DNA from: an uncultured Nitrososphaerota archaeon
GTDB lineage: Archaea > Thermoproteota > Nitrososphaeria > Nitrososphaerales > CADDZS01
Reading direction: 5' to 3'
NCBI GenBank assembly: GCA_963799845.1
Contig: CAWCYI010000004.1
Coordinates: 960,001 to 1,024,000, forward strand
DNA length: 64,000 nt
This document shows positions 10,309 to 20,922 of the stretch, one piece after another. The translations under genes and the position numbers were made by a program. The notes beneath the pieces are model-generated. The model was not told the DNA's origin and did not search any database. It was given only the letters and a program-made list of their open reading frames with translations. Within the stretch, counting starts at the first letter, position 1, and the number at the start of each line of letters is the position of its first letter.

Positions 10309-11345
10309 TCATCGGCCCAAAATCCCATGAACTCGGTCTCTCAAGCCGACCGTATAGACTGTTGCAACCGATATTACTCCTCCCAGCGCTACGTCAAAAA
10401 TTCGACCTCGGCATACTCCAGTCCGGCGGGGAAAATAATGTTGAGAAGCACTATGACAAAAGGTGCAAAGAATACTTGTACCAACCCAAGGTTAACTCCT
10501 CTAGTCGCGGACATCAAGAGTGAAAAAATAAACAACATTTCAGGAGCACGTACAGATTGCTAATTTCGAGTACCACTGCCGCGCCGATTGCTGTGCCTAC
10601 TAGCGTGTCGATGACCATCATCGAAGTAAACGTCAAGGTCAAGCTTAGGGTGGGCCTGAATGTGAGAATTATAATGACGACAACCCAGAAATCTCTTGGC
10701 AATCCTAGCGCGAGCGCAATTCCGAAACCGATCGCCGATGCAATTCCAAGGGCGGCTGCGTTCAAAATTACCTCTGACCGAGGCGTTGTAGGATTGACAG
10801 GACTTCTTGTTGAAATACGATTAGTTTTGTCTGATGATTTTTTGCGCGAAACGATGAGTCGGTGAAGCTCGACACCAGCCAGTGCGAAGACCGCGCCAAG
10901 CAACGACAGATAAGATCTCTCAAACGCAGTTGAAACGGAGCCTCCAGGCAGGCCAGCTCCGACGGCGAACGAAATGGCAGTAAAAGTCGCGAGCTGAGCC
11001 CATTTTGGATCAATCCGAGCCAAGGCCGGGACGAATACACCTATACCGATTAAAGCAGGGGCAAGAAAACCAGTCGTTCCTGCGAGGGTTCCAAGTGCCC
11101 ACGCCAGAGCTTCTGTAAAACATGCGGCCAGGAGTATCCATGAAGGCAGAGTGGATCGCGGCCCCTCGGTGTTGGTTAGAAAGACAGCCCCCAGCCCAAC
11201 GAAGACCGCCCCTGGGAAGCTTGTTACAAATCCGATGACCAACGGGCAGCATGACTAAGATCGCCGATCGGAGACCAGTAGAGAAGCTGAACGCGGTCTT
11301 GTCGAGACTCATAACTCCCTTGAAGAGATTGCTCGGGCTGCTCAT
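10309..11345 (-). pseudogene. FUSC-family membrane protein with about 3 frame breaks (pseudogene or assembly errors)
   Basis: The pieces join as GLRSAILVMLP-LVIGFV...LGLPRDFWVVVIIILTFRP...DTLVGTAIG...RIFDVALGG. Breaks occur near 11245, 10540 and 10403. Confidence 0.7.
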
Positions 11346-11392
11346 CGCGGTGATCTGCAGCTCAAACCGACCCCACAGTCAACTAATAAGGA

Positions 11393-12397
11393 GTGAATCA
11401 GCATAGTGAAAGAGTTGAACTAACACTCTTGACAACCCAAGACAAAATGCGCGCCGCAGTAATTTACCGCTTCGGCGGTCCAGAGACACTTACGATTGCA
11501 ACACTTGATGTCCCCGAGATAGCACCAGATCAAGTGCTAATTCACGTCGAGTCCGCCGGAGTGGGCAAGTGGGATGCTTTTGAGCGCGAGGGAATGCTCG
11601 CCCAGATGTACGGAGGGACTCCCCACTTCCCGTATGTGCTCGGTTCCGAAGGAGCTGGCAGGATCGTTGCAATTGGCGAAAAAGTTAGGCGTTTCTACGA
11701 GGGAGACTATGTGTACGGTTTCGTGGATGCGAGAAATCCGAAGGGCGGATTCTACGCCGAGTACACCGCCGTGAACGAAGATCAGGTTTGGCCTGTCCCC
11801 GTCAAACTAACGACTGAACGGGCTGGTGCCCTGCCGATTGACGGTGGAACTGCTCTCCGCGGTCTGAGAGACGTGCTTGCCTTGAAACGAGGCGAAACTC
11901 TCATGGTCTTCGGGGCCAGCGGCGGAATGGGGCATTTGGCCCTGCAGCTAGGGAAGCGTATGGGTGCGCGGGTCTTCGCGGTTGCTTCAAGAGCAGATGG
12001 TGTCGCGTTCGCTCAGAGGCTCGGTGCCGATGCTGAAGTGGATGGTCATACGGCGGATGTAGCAGCTTCGGCGCGCGAGTTTGCCCCGGGCGGTATCGAT
12101 GCGGCGCTCCTCACGGCGGGTGGCGAGGCGGTCGAAAGAGCACTGACGGCAATGCATGACGGCGGTCGCGTAGCTTACCCCTACGGAGTCCGCCCCGAAC
12201 CAGTCGGGCGATCGGGCTTGCAAGTGAAGGGTTACAGCTCCAACTCCGACCGAGAGTTGATGGACAAGTTGAACGAGTTAATCGACCTGGACCCGTTCGA
12301 AGTGCACATCTCCCGGATGTTCTCCCTTGAGCATGTGGACGAAGCACACCTTGCGCTAAACACCCACTATCTCGGCAGACTAGCCTTGCAGCTCTGA
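11393..12397 (+). CDS. NADP-dependent oxidoreductase, MDR/quinone oxidoreductase family
   Basis: Motifs MRAAVIYRFGGPE, LGSEGAG, GFYAEY and FGASGGMG. No Zn-ligand cysteines are present. Confidence 0.88.
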   Translation: MNQHSERVELTLLTTQDKMRAAVIYRFGGPETLTIATLDVPEIAPDQVLIHVESAGVGKWDAFEREGMLAQMYGGTPHFPYVLGSEGAGRIVAIGEKVRRFYEGDYVYGFVDARNPKGGFYAEYTAVNEDQVWPVPVKLTTERAGALPIDGGTALRGLRDVLALKRGETLMVFGASGGMGHLALQLGKRMGARVFAVASRADGVAFAQRLGADAEVDGHTADVAASAREFAPGGIDAALLTAGGEAVERALTAMHDGGRVAYPYGVRPEPVGRSGLQVKGYSSNSDRELMDKLNELIDLDPFEVHISRMFSLEHVDEAHLALNTHYLGRLALQL

Positions 12398-12553
12398 GAT
12401 ACCCGGCATGAAGTATCTGTTCATTCGATACTTGCAATCATTTCAGATATCTGATTAACGTGGGTCCAAAATATCGACTGAATATTTTCATCCTGCTTTC
12501 GCTAACAACATCGTCTTAAAGGAAAAATAGATCTATAAAAAAATTCAATCGAG

Positions 12554-13549
12554 TTGAATAAACTAAAGATTAGTGTCGATGTCGGAGAAAATTACAACGA
12601 TCCTCTTCGCTTCGTCGAGTGCGCACTGGTCGCGGAAAAGTATGGTTTTGACACTATTTGGTACGGCGATCACTTCCTGCCTTGGTTTCACGGTGGAAAC
12701 AGGTCGTCATTCGTCTGGTCTGTCATGCCGGTCGCTCTAGACAGGACGAGAAAAATCAACATCGGCCCGGATGTGACCTGCCCCATTGGAGGCAGGTTTC
12801 ATCCCGCCATCATCGCTCAGGCATCCGCCACACTCGACAATATGTATCCGGGCAGATTCCTTTTGGGAGTCGGCTCCGGAGAGGCAATCAACGAGGCGCA
12901 ATTTTTTCCGAATGGCTGGCCGAACTGGAACGAGCGAATTGAAAGATTGAATGAAGCCGTGAAGCTGATGCGCCAATTGTGGGAGAAGAAGGACTACTTT
13001 ACTTTTGAAGGAAAGTACTTCACGATGAAAGATATTTTCCTTTATACCCGCCCCAAAACTCCTATCCCGATCTATTTCTCGGCCCTGGGAGTTAAGGCAG
13101 CCTCGTTTGCGGGGATGTACGGCGATCATCTGGTAACGATGGGCTCTCCCGAAAGGTGTGCCGAAGTTATTTTTCCTGCCTTCGAATCTGGCGCGAGAAA
13201 TGCCGACAAAGATCCTTCTCAGGGGGAAAAGATGGTCCTGCTCGATGTATATTTTGGAACGAAGGATGAAGGGATGAAGAGACTAAGAGAGACCGGGGAA
13301 GCGGGTTCCCTCGACATGGCGGCGTTTGGAGTTCTCGACCCACGAAAAATTGAGGAAATCGGACATGGGATCAGTGAGGAAAAGGTATCTTCTGTAAAGT
13401 GTTTTTGCCCCACGCCTGAGGATCTGATAAGAGTTATCGAGAGTTACGCTAGGATCGGAACGGACCATATCGCCATCGCGACAAACTCCTTTCCCGACAA
13501 GATTCAGATGATTGGAGAGGAAGTTCTACCACAATTTCAAAACGGATGA
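12554..13549 (+). CDS. LLM-class (luciferase-like) oxidoreductase, F420-dependent G6PDH-like clade
   Basis: Motifs DHFLPW, VTCP, HPAIIAQASATL, LGVGSGEAINE and ERLNEA. Confidence 0.88.
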   Translation: MNKLKISVDVGENYNDPLRFVECALVAEKYGFDTIWYGDHFLPWFHGGNRSSFVWSVMPVALDRTRKINIGPDVTCPIGGRFHPAIIAQASATLDNMYPGRFLLGVGSGEAINEAQFFPNGWPNWNERIERLNEAVKLMRQLWEKKDYFTFEGKYFTMKDIFLYTRPKTPIPIYFSALGVKAASFAGMYGDHLVTMGSPERCAEVIFPAFESGARNADKDPSQGEKMVLLDVYFGTKDEGMKRLRETGEAGSLDMAAFGVLDPRKIEEIGHGISEEKVSSVKCFCPTPEDLIRVIESYARIGTDHIAIATNSFPDKIQMIGEEVLPQFQNG

Positions 13550-13641
13550 TCGAGAAATCTGAGTTTGCCCTTCGTTTCATATAGAACTCTCTAAATAACT
13601 GACGATACTCCGGTCTAAATTATCGGCTGGGTGTATTTGTC

Positions 13642-15673
13642 ATAATCCTCAAGAAGAATCTGGCAATCAGTAGAAGCGTCGCGGTAGTCATCGCCATCGT
13701 CGTAATAGTGGTCGCAGCTGGAGTTGGGGGATATGCCTTACTCTCTTCTTCGTCTAGCAGCTCTACAAGCTTGCAGACTTCGTCTGCGTCATCAACATCA
13801 ACCGCGAGCACAACTTCAGCGCCAACCTTCTCCTCCAGCACTTCGACTACTTTGACTCAGAGCTCTCAGCTCGTCGTCAACCAGCTCGGTTTCAAGTACC
13901 TCTTCCTCTTCATCTACTACTTCTTCCGCTTCGTCGACTTTCCAGAACACCCTGACCATTGACGACGTATATTGGCCTGCGCCCGGTGATCTAAACCAAT
14001 TATATGCGGTAGGCGAATCGCCATGGCCCGACTGGCTCGAGGACACGGTTTACCAGCCGCTGGTTGCAGTAAACTTGACGGCAGAGTACCAGCAGGGAAT
14101 CATTCAGTACCTTCCGGGTCTAGCTTCAAACTGGACAGTCTCCGCTGATGGCGAGACTTACACCTTCACCCTGCGGCCGAACGTAACTTTCTCCAACGGA
14201 GATCCGCTGAATTCGTATCAAGTCTGGATGGAAATGTACGGATTCTATTACATATCGAGTAACAGCTCAGCCTGGCTGGAATCGTACTCCCTGTTCAACA
14301 TGAACGCTTCCAATTTTGGTCCCGCGACGATCGCCCTAATCAACCAGAGTGGTTTAATTGATCCGTCGCAGCAGGCACTTGCCATAATGTCGAACAGCTC
14401 GTGGCCGATCTACGCCCCGAGTGCAAGTCAGATCGTTTTCCAACTCGCCGCTCCCTTCAACTATTTCCCGGGCACCCTAGTGGCGTTTGAAGGATTGATA
14501 TTCGACACACAATGGCTTTTGGATAACGGCGGGTTCGGCACTCCAACCTCGTTCAACACTTACTTCAACCAGAATCCGATCCCCGGAACCGGGCCGTACG
14601 AAGTTAAGACAGTCTCAGAAAATGCGTACGTGCAGTTTATACAGAATCCAACCTACTGGGGCGACAGCCTCTCTCCAGCTCAGATCGCGATGCAGCCGAT
14701 GTTTGATCCGGGTCACGCAAAAACCGTGATTGTGAAAAACGTTCCTGACGATCTAGTGCGCTACACGGATCTTACTACTGGAGCGGCCCAAATTGTAGGG
14801 GTAGAGTCTGCGGATTGGAATTTAGTACAGGCCAATCTCGATAAGCTCTCATACTTCACCCTGCCCCCATGGGGCGCTCTAACAACCGCCGTCGCGATGA
14901 ATACCCAGATCTTCCCGACAAACAACACCGACTTCCGCCTCGCGATCGTGCACGCGATCAACTATTCGGACATCGCTAGCACGGTGTTTTTTGGTCAGAC
15001 CGCTTCCATGGTCGGCCCAGAATACCCTGCGTGGAGCCAATTTTACGATCTGGGGAATCTCGCGCCCTACACCTATAACATCACCCTTGCAGAACAATAC
15101 CTGAACGAATCCAAAATTACAAACCCCGGGACTCTAGATTTCAGCACGATTTCCGGCTGCTCGTTCTGCATTGCGATCGCACAGATAGTTCAGGGCGATC
15201 TTTCCCAGATTGGACTCAACGTCCAGATCGAGGCGAGTACGGTCGGCACCCAGCAGGCACCATACGGCAACTTTGGATACGAAATCACGAATGAAAACGA
15301 GATTGCACCGTTATCGATGCTCGGGACGGGTGACTGGGCGCCTGCAACTCTGACTCCCGCGGATTATTGGGTGTCGTTCGTCAGCAACCAATCATTGCTC
15401 GGGAACTATGCGATATACTCAAACCCGACTGTCCAAGCGTGCGTTAATGCCTTCACGAGCACATCAAACGTTGCGCAAATCCAGGGACTATGCACAAGTG
15501 CCCAGAAGCAGATCTATGACGACGCGCCCTATGCGTGGCTTGGGGTGAACAGGCTTTGGTATGTTGATGGCTCTCTCGTCTGGGAGAAGGGGGTGGTACA
15601 GAACTTCTACGTGGATCAGGTGTGGAGCGGTCAGGACCTTGCTCCTATGTTCAATACCGTCACGTTCGGCTGA
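13642..15673 (+). CDS. Family 5 (Opp/Dpp-type) ABC substrate-binding protein with Ser/Thr-rich linker (frameshift at 13867; start uncertain)
   Basis: The N-terminus KKNLA|ISRSVAVVIAIVVIVV plus an S/T linker joins the 14075 ORF (PGLASNWTVSADGETYTFTLRPNVTFSNGDP, GTGPY, FRLAIVHAIN) when one C is removed at TCAGCT. Confidence 0.85.
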
Positions 15674-16747
15674 TCATCGGGATTTTCCGCGGGCGAGGAT
15701 CGGCCAGACAACCTCGACCTCCCCATCTCGTATCCCGTAAAACTGGTTGTGCATGTTCACGGTTGTGTCCGTGTCGCTCGGATAGACCTCGACCTTGTCT
15801 CCAAGCTTGAGGCGTGTGTGGTTTGGACCGAGTTTTAGATGCGTGTGCTCGGCAGAGAGCTTCGTAACTTCGATGCCCTCCAGGCCCTTTACTTCGGGAA
15901 GTCCTTGATTGGTTGGAATCGATTTCAAGCCGGCGTCCAGGATGGCTCGATCTTCTGCGGGAACACTCGTTACTGTAGTCAAGATACTCAGCGCTAGCTC
16001 AAAATCGATCCCGCAATCGCGGTACGCGACATCCATCGTGACGTACGAACCCGCCTGCACGTCGGTGATACCTGAATAATTGCCGGTAAAGTTGTATGTT
16101 CCAGTCCCGCCCGCGCTGACAATCTCGACCGGGATACCCTTTTCTTCGATCAAGTCCTTGGTCGAAACGATGAGGTTGCAAGCTTTTTCATCCTCGACCT
16201 TTCTTTCTTTGGGATCAAGCATCAGACTGACGTGTCCCTCGTAGCCTCCCAGCCCCCTGAATTTGAGATTCTGCGACGATACAATCTTTTGGGCGAGAGC
16301 AAGAGCATCTGCGCCGGGTCTGACTCCGGCTCGATGATGGCCAATGTCCACCTCTATCACGATCCCGAGAGTTACCCCGCGAGCTCTTGCCGTGCTGGAT
16401 AGTTTTGAGACATTTTCCGCGTTGTCAACGGCGACGATGACATCCGCGTGCTTTGAAAGACCTAGGAGCCGTCCAATCTTGTCATCGGTGACAATCTGGT
16501 TCATTATCATAATGTTCTTGATCCCGGACCACGCCATAACCTCGGCCTCCTCCAGTTTTGCAACGGCGACTCCAACCGCCCCGGCGTCGATTTCTTTCAG
16601 AGCAATGATCGGCGTCTTGTGATTTTTCACGTGCGGACGCAGCTTTGCCCTTTTCCCGCTGAAATACTCCGACATTCGTCTGATGTTTTTTTCCATCAAG
16701 TCAAGATCGAGCAAAAGCGCTGGAGTTTCCAATTCTCTAAAGTTCAA
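15674..16747 (-). CDS. DSD1/D-threonine aldolase-family PLP enzyme (fold type III)
   Basis: Motifs ETPALLLD, LRPHVKNHK (PLP Lys), YEGH, GGTGT, QAGSYVTMD, DAGLKS and SAEH. Confidence 0.88.
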   Translation of the reverse strand: MNFRELETPALLLDLDLMEKNIRRMSEYFSGKRAKLRPHVKNHKTPIIALKEIDAGAVGVAVAKLEEAEVMAWSGIKNIMIMNQIVTDDKIGRLLGLSKHADVIVAVDNAENVSKLSSTARARGVTLGIVIEVDIGHHRAGVRPGADALALAQKIVSSQNLKFRGLGGYEGHVSLMLDPKERKVEDEKACNLIVSTKDLIEEKGIPVEIVSAGGTGTYNFTGNYSGITDVQAGSYVTMDVAYRDCGIDFELALSILTTVTSVPAEDRAILDAGLKSIPTNQGLPEVKGLEGIEVTKLSAEHTHLKLGPNHTRLKLGDKVEVYPSDTDTTVNMHNQFYGIRDGEVEVVWPILARGKSR

Positions 16748-17051
16748 TTTCTAGCGAAGCAGATTTTTATGCTGCACGTATTAAGGGAATACAGTTCCTT
16801 AGAGCTAGTCAAGCATGGCATCGTTTGCATAAGCCGCGAGATAGATGGAATCCCACTCGAGACAGCACATGTGATGCTGCATTAGACAGACAGAAGCCCT
16901 TGTGTCGAGGCAGATCTGGCAAATGCAAAGATCGGCTGTTACGCTATATTCGGACATCTAGGTTGACCTCCATGAAAGGAATTAGTTAGTAGGGAGTCAT
17001 GTAATGGCTAGATCTAGATAACGATTGCTTGGGATAACCAGGTAGAATAGT

Positions 17052-17621
17052 TTGAAGACGAAACTTGATCTAAAAGCGCTCTTGGGAGTCTTGAATGAAT
17101 TTGCGCGATTTTACGTTCAGGGGATCAGAGTTAGATTCTCCAATAGTATGCGGGGCGGCGAAAGTGGAAGATCAGATCTCGAGGGACGCATAATCTATCT
17201 CGCAACAAAGCAGCAGCTCAAGGCAGATTCGATCAGTCTGGGTCTATCCTACGCATATCGCATCGGACCAAAGTACAGAAGGATGAAACTGACAAGGAAT
17301 GAAATGTATTTCCTGACTCTTCTTCATGAAATTGGTCATTTCAGAATCAAGGAGAAAGTTCCCTTGAGCTACCTGATGCTCAGAGACCAACTGATCAGGA
17401 AACACGATCACCGGGTCGAGTTTGACTACATCGAGCGGAGGCTCAGACGGAGGGCCAATGAGACAGAAACTGCGTGGAAGCTCAGGCTGGCTGGTTTCGA
17501 AACCTGGCTGGTAATCGGTGAATCGATTTCCCATCACATAAAAGTGGAGAACTGGGCCATCGACGAGTTTGAAAAGAAAAGAGGAGCAATCAGGAAGAAT
17601 TTGCTGGCGACAGGTCTTTAG
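17052..17621 (+). CDS. Hypothetical protein with HExxH zincin-like motif
   Basis: FLTLLHEIGHF and a downstream VENWA helix that could supply the third metal ligand. Confidence 0.6.
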   Translation: MKTKLDLKALLGVLNEFARFYVQGIRVRFSNSMRGGESGRSDLEGRIIYLATKQQLKADSISLGLSYAYRIGPKYRRMKLTRNEMYFLTLLHEIGHFRIKEKVPLSYLMLRDQLIRKHDHRVEFDYIERRLRRRANETETAWKLRLAGFETWLVIGESISHHIKVENWAIDEFEKKRGAIRKNLLATGL

Positions 17622-17680
17622 TTAGGCGTTAATCCTTATCCCAAACAGTTTAATTGACTGGACCGGAGTGAATCGGGATT

Positions 17681-18379
17681 ATGGAAGCTAACGGGAAACC
17701 TGATTTTGAGGCTATAGTTTTCGACGCGTACGGAACTCTGTTCGATCTTGACTCCTTCGCGAGCGAAGCAAACAGGATCTATCGCGGGAGGGGAAAGACG
17801 ATTTCTCAAACAGTCAGGCAAAAGCAGCTGGAGTTTGCGATGACCCGTGACATCATGGGAAAATACACCAATTTTGAGCTGCTAACAAGAAACGCGATAG
17901 AATTTGCTCTGAAAAAATCTGGAATAAAGCGGACGGATACGGCAGTCGAAAAATTGTTTTCAAAATTTCTCAGCCTCAGGACTTTCAAGGACGTGCTACC
18001 TGCTCTAAACGACTTGGACGAACTCAACACTAGGGTGGCAATCCTGAGCAACGGGACTCAATCCATGCTCGACAAGCTGATTGAAAAAGCCGGTCTGTCG
18101 CTTCTTTCGGAGGACGTAATCAGTATCGATGAGGCAAAGGCGTACAAGCCAAATCCCAAAGCTTACCGGCACGGGATGAACGAGCTTGAAATTTTCGAGA
18201 AGGAGAAGATTCTCTACGTGTCTGGGAATTCGTGGGATGTTGCCGGAGCGAAGGCATTCGGATTCAAGGTTGGATGGGTCAACCGCACAAAGCAGCCACT
18301 GTTTGACGAAGGTTTCTACGAATTCAGACCGGACTTCGAGTTTTCAAGTCTCGCGCAGATAACCAAGCTCTTCGAGTAA
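17681..18379 (+). CDS. Haloacid dehalogenase type II (HAD)
   Basis: Motifs FDAYGTLFD, RQKQLE, ILSNG, YKPNP and VSGNSWDVAGAK. Confidence 0.92.
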   Translation: MEANGKPDFEAIVFDAYGTLFDLDSFASEANRIYRGRGKTISQTVRQKQLEFAMTRDIMGKYTNFELLTRNAIEFALKKSGIKRTDTAVEKLFSKFLSLRTFKDVLPALNDLDELNTRVAILSNGTQSMLDKLIEKAGLSLLSEDVISIDEAKAYKPNPKAYRHGMNELEIFEKEKILYVSGNSWDVAGAKAFGFKVGWVNRTKQPLFDEGFYEFRPDFEFSSLAQITKLFE

Positions 18380-18420
18380 TCTTCCGCTAAGATTATACAA
18401 AGTATATCGAAGGTATCCCG

Positions 18421-18996
18421 ATGATAACTCCATTACCTCTCGACATTTTTGGCGCTGTATCGACCGATGCCTCTCTGCTCAGTTCGATCGCAATCATTCT
18501 CGGCGCCGTTTTCGTTGTGTTCCAGCTGCGCGATGACAAGAAGCTGCTCGAAGCTTCCGTGAGGCAGGCGAATTCCTCGCAAGAGCAGGCCCGCCTTACT
18601 ACCGAACAGCTCAAGCAAAATCATGATCTTGCCACCGTAGATCTTGTAACCAAGATCTACGACCAAGCAAACAGCATAGAGGTTCAGAATTCGTGGCTGA
18701 CCGTCCTCAATTCTAAGATCACATCCCCCGACGATTTTGCCAAGGTTCCAGAATCAACGCAGCTTGCCTTCCTACAGATGGCGTCGTTGTTTGAATCGAT
18801 AGGGCTTCTCGTCGAGAAGAACTACGTCGATTCGAACTTGATCGACGACATGTTCGCGACGCAGCAGGCGTGGGAAAGTTTGAAGCCTTTTGTCATGTGG
18901 ATGCGAAAAAAATACGCGACTGAAGAATACTACTACTTTTTCGAAAAGCTCAACAACAGACTTTCGGAGAACCCTGAAAACCTAATTGTAGGATAA
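18421..18996 (+). CDS. DUF4760-like protein (N-terminal TM + helical domain)
   Basis: TM helix ending VVFQLR, then a coiled coil, FESIGLLVEKNYVD and YYFFEKL. Confidence 0.7.
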   Translation: MITPLPLDIFGAVSTDASLLSSIAIILGAVFVVFQLRDDKKLLEASVRQANSSQEQARLTTEQLKQNHDLATVDLVTKIYDQANSIEVQNSWLTVLNSKITSPDDFAKVPESTQLAFLQMASLFESIGLLVEKNYVDSNLIDDMFATQQAWESLKPFVMWMRKKYATEEYYYFFEKLNNRLSENPENLIVG

Positions 18997-19054
18997 TCAC
19001 GTCCAAAACTCCTAAATCTTGTCTGTCTGATTTTCAACTTGGTGGTAAAGAAAC

Positions 19055-19537
19055 TTGGTTGACGCGACTACTCTGATCGTGATAAGCACCTTAGTACAGA
19101 CGCTCGTGATAACGGTCACGCTGATTGTTTTTGTGATGCAATTTCGCAGTCAGGAGAAGGCGATCAAGGAGGCGTCATACCAAGGCCTCATGGGTCGGTA
19201 CAACGATTTTATCACAACAATGGTCGATAAGCCGGTGGTTGCGAAGCTTTTGATGGACGAGTCGTTGCGAGAGACAGTTTCTCCGGAAGACGCGACCATC
19301 ACTGCTCATTTGCTCCTGGCTTACGGCATTATTGAAGAAGCTTTTCTCCTTTAAGCAAAGAAGTGGATAGACGAAGACACGTGGCTGCAGTGGTCTGCGT
19401 GGCTGGTTGCATTATCCGCGCATCCACTATTCAAGGGCATCCCTGAGAAGACAGCGGGAACTTTTGACAGAAGATTTGAGGAGTATGTAAGAAAGATAAT
19501 ACGAGAAAATAGTGTCAAGGCTGCGGTTGCCGGATAG
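19055..19537 (+). pseudogene. DUF4760/DUF6082-like membrane-anchored protein with an in-frame TAA at 19352-19354
   Basis: The same frame continues past the stop: EEAFLL*AKKWIDEDTWLQWSAW...FDRRFEEYV to a TAG at 19535-19537. Confidence 0.7.
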
Positions 19538-19562
19538 AATTCGTTACGGCAAATTCGGTGCA

Positions 19563-20512
19563 TTAAAACTTTGGGAGTACGATTTCTCCGAAAAGCATCA
19601 AGGATTGTAATTCGTTGGGGCCACTGAAGCTTGTAATCAGGTACTCGATTCCCGCGTCGGCAAATTCCTCGATCTGGTCTTGGACCTGTTTTGGAGTGCC
19701 GTATATCATAGCCTCTTTCAACATCCCGGCTGGCATCATATTCGACAATTCCGCTACCTTCCGGTTTACCTCTTCTTCGTCTTTGCTGATAAGGACGCGA
19801 GTGAGCTTTGTCTTCAAGATCGAGTCATAGTCCCTTCCGGCTGCTTCGCAATGCATTCGAAGCACTGCTAATTTTTTCTTGACGGTTTCCGGCGATCCGA
19901 ACAGATTGCACGCATCTCCATACCTTGCAACCGTTCTGAGAAGGAATTTTTCTCCACTGCCGCCGATCAAGATCTTGGGAGTCGGCTTCTGGATCGGCTT
20001 TGGATTGCAGATCGCGTTTTCAATCTTGTAGTATTTTCCATTGAAATTAGTTCGGTCTTCGGTCCACATCTTTCTAACTATCTGGACTGCTTCTTCAAGA
20101 CGGGCGAGTCGTTCCCGGTCGGCGGAAACGGGATGCCATATGCCCGCGCTTCAACATCGTTCCAGGCCGCGCCGATTCCAAAGAACAGCCTACCCTTGCT
20201 CAGGACATCTAGAGTAGCCCCGATTTTTGCGAGCACTGACGGGTATCTGTAAGAGTTCCCGGTAACCATAGTTCCCAATTTTATTTCGGATGTCAGACCT
20301 GCAAGGACGGAAATAGTCATCCATCCTTCGAGCATCGGTTCCTCGGGCTTGCCAACATTCATGATCTGGTGAAAATGATCCATAACCCAGAACGAATTAA
20401 ATTTTAGATCCTCGGCGGTGTTAACAAGAGTAGAAAGCGTATCGATAATTTTAGCTCCTTCGCCATCATAACTAAAGTTGGGGTGCTGGATTCCGAATTT
20501 CATGCGAGACAA
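19563..20512 (-). CDS. LLM-class F420-dependent oxidoreductase (frameshift near 20115)
   Basis: WVMDHFHQI, LGTMVTGNSYRYPSVLAK and GIGAAW join ERLARLEEA...PKPIQKP...IGGSGEK when one G is added in a G-run. Confidence 0.88.
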
Positions 20513-20706
20513 TTTCTTTTTCTGCTCACGATTCTAGTGATACAGGGTCAATAAACAAGTCGGAGACGGTATTTCAAATTCTTCATGTTACAAAAAGTTC
20601 TGTGCGCCGATACGTATTGGGAATACGTTTGTCTTAAGTACAAATTCCGCTCTAATCGCTCTTTAGGAAAAACTCGAAGTATTCCTGATGAGAAGTTCAA
20701 ACTAAT

Positions 20707-20892
20707 ATAACAGCACATCGCGCGCCACTCAAGGAGGGAGACACGGTATATCTGCTGGATAAGAAGGTAAGAGGGAAGGTCCTCGGGAGATTGAAGTATC
20801 TGGTGCTACTTGAAATCGAGGGCACGCACGAGAAACTGAAGGAGCATCGAGGAGACCTCAAGCTCATCCACCCAAAGATGAGCAAATTCTGA
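20707..20892 (+). CDS. Small basic KOW/SH3-like protein missed by the ORF track (no canonical start)
   Basis: The open frame reads ITAHRAPLKEGDTVYLLDKKVRGKVLGRLKYLVLLEIEGTHEKLKEHRGDLKLIHPKMSKF*. Confidence 0.55.
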   Translation: MTAHRAPLKEGDTVYLLDKKVRGKVLGRLKYLVLLEIEGTHEKLKEHRGDLKLIHPKMSKF

Positions 20893-20922
20893 TTCGATGA
20901 TGAGGCTAAATCTAAAGCGTTA

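Noticed and set aside
13740-13940. Low-complexity TCN/ACN repeats (also 55630-55840, 59090-59270, 63340-63490)
   Set aside because: These encode Ser/Thr linkers of surface proteins and are not DNA repeat elements. The antisense Val/Glu/Asp-rich ORFs are their shadows.
19352-19354. Stop-codon recoding (Sec/Pyl)
   Set aside because: The codon is TAA rather than TGA or TAG, and Tyr fits the context.
20105-20120. Programmed ribosomal frameshifting at the broken genes
   Set aside because: There are no slippery heptamers with downstream structure. Breaks lie in short homopolymers or at AGCT and affect unrelated genes, which fits sequencing error.
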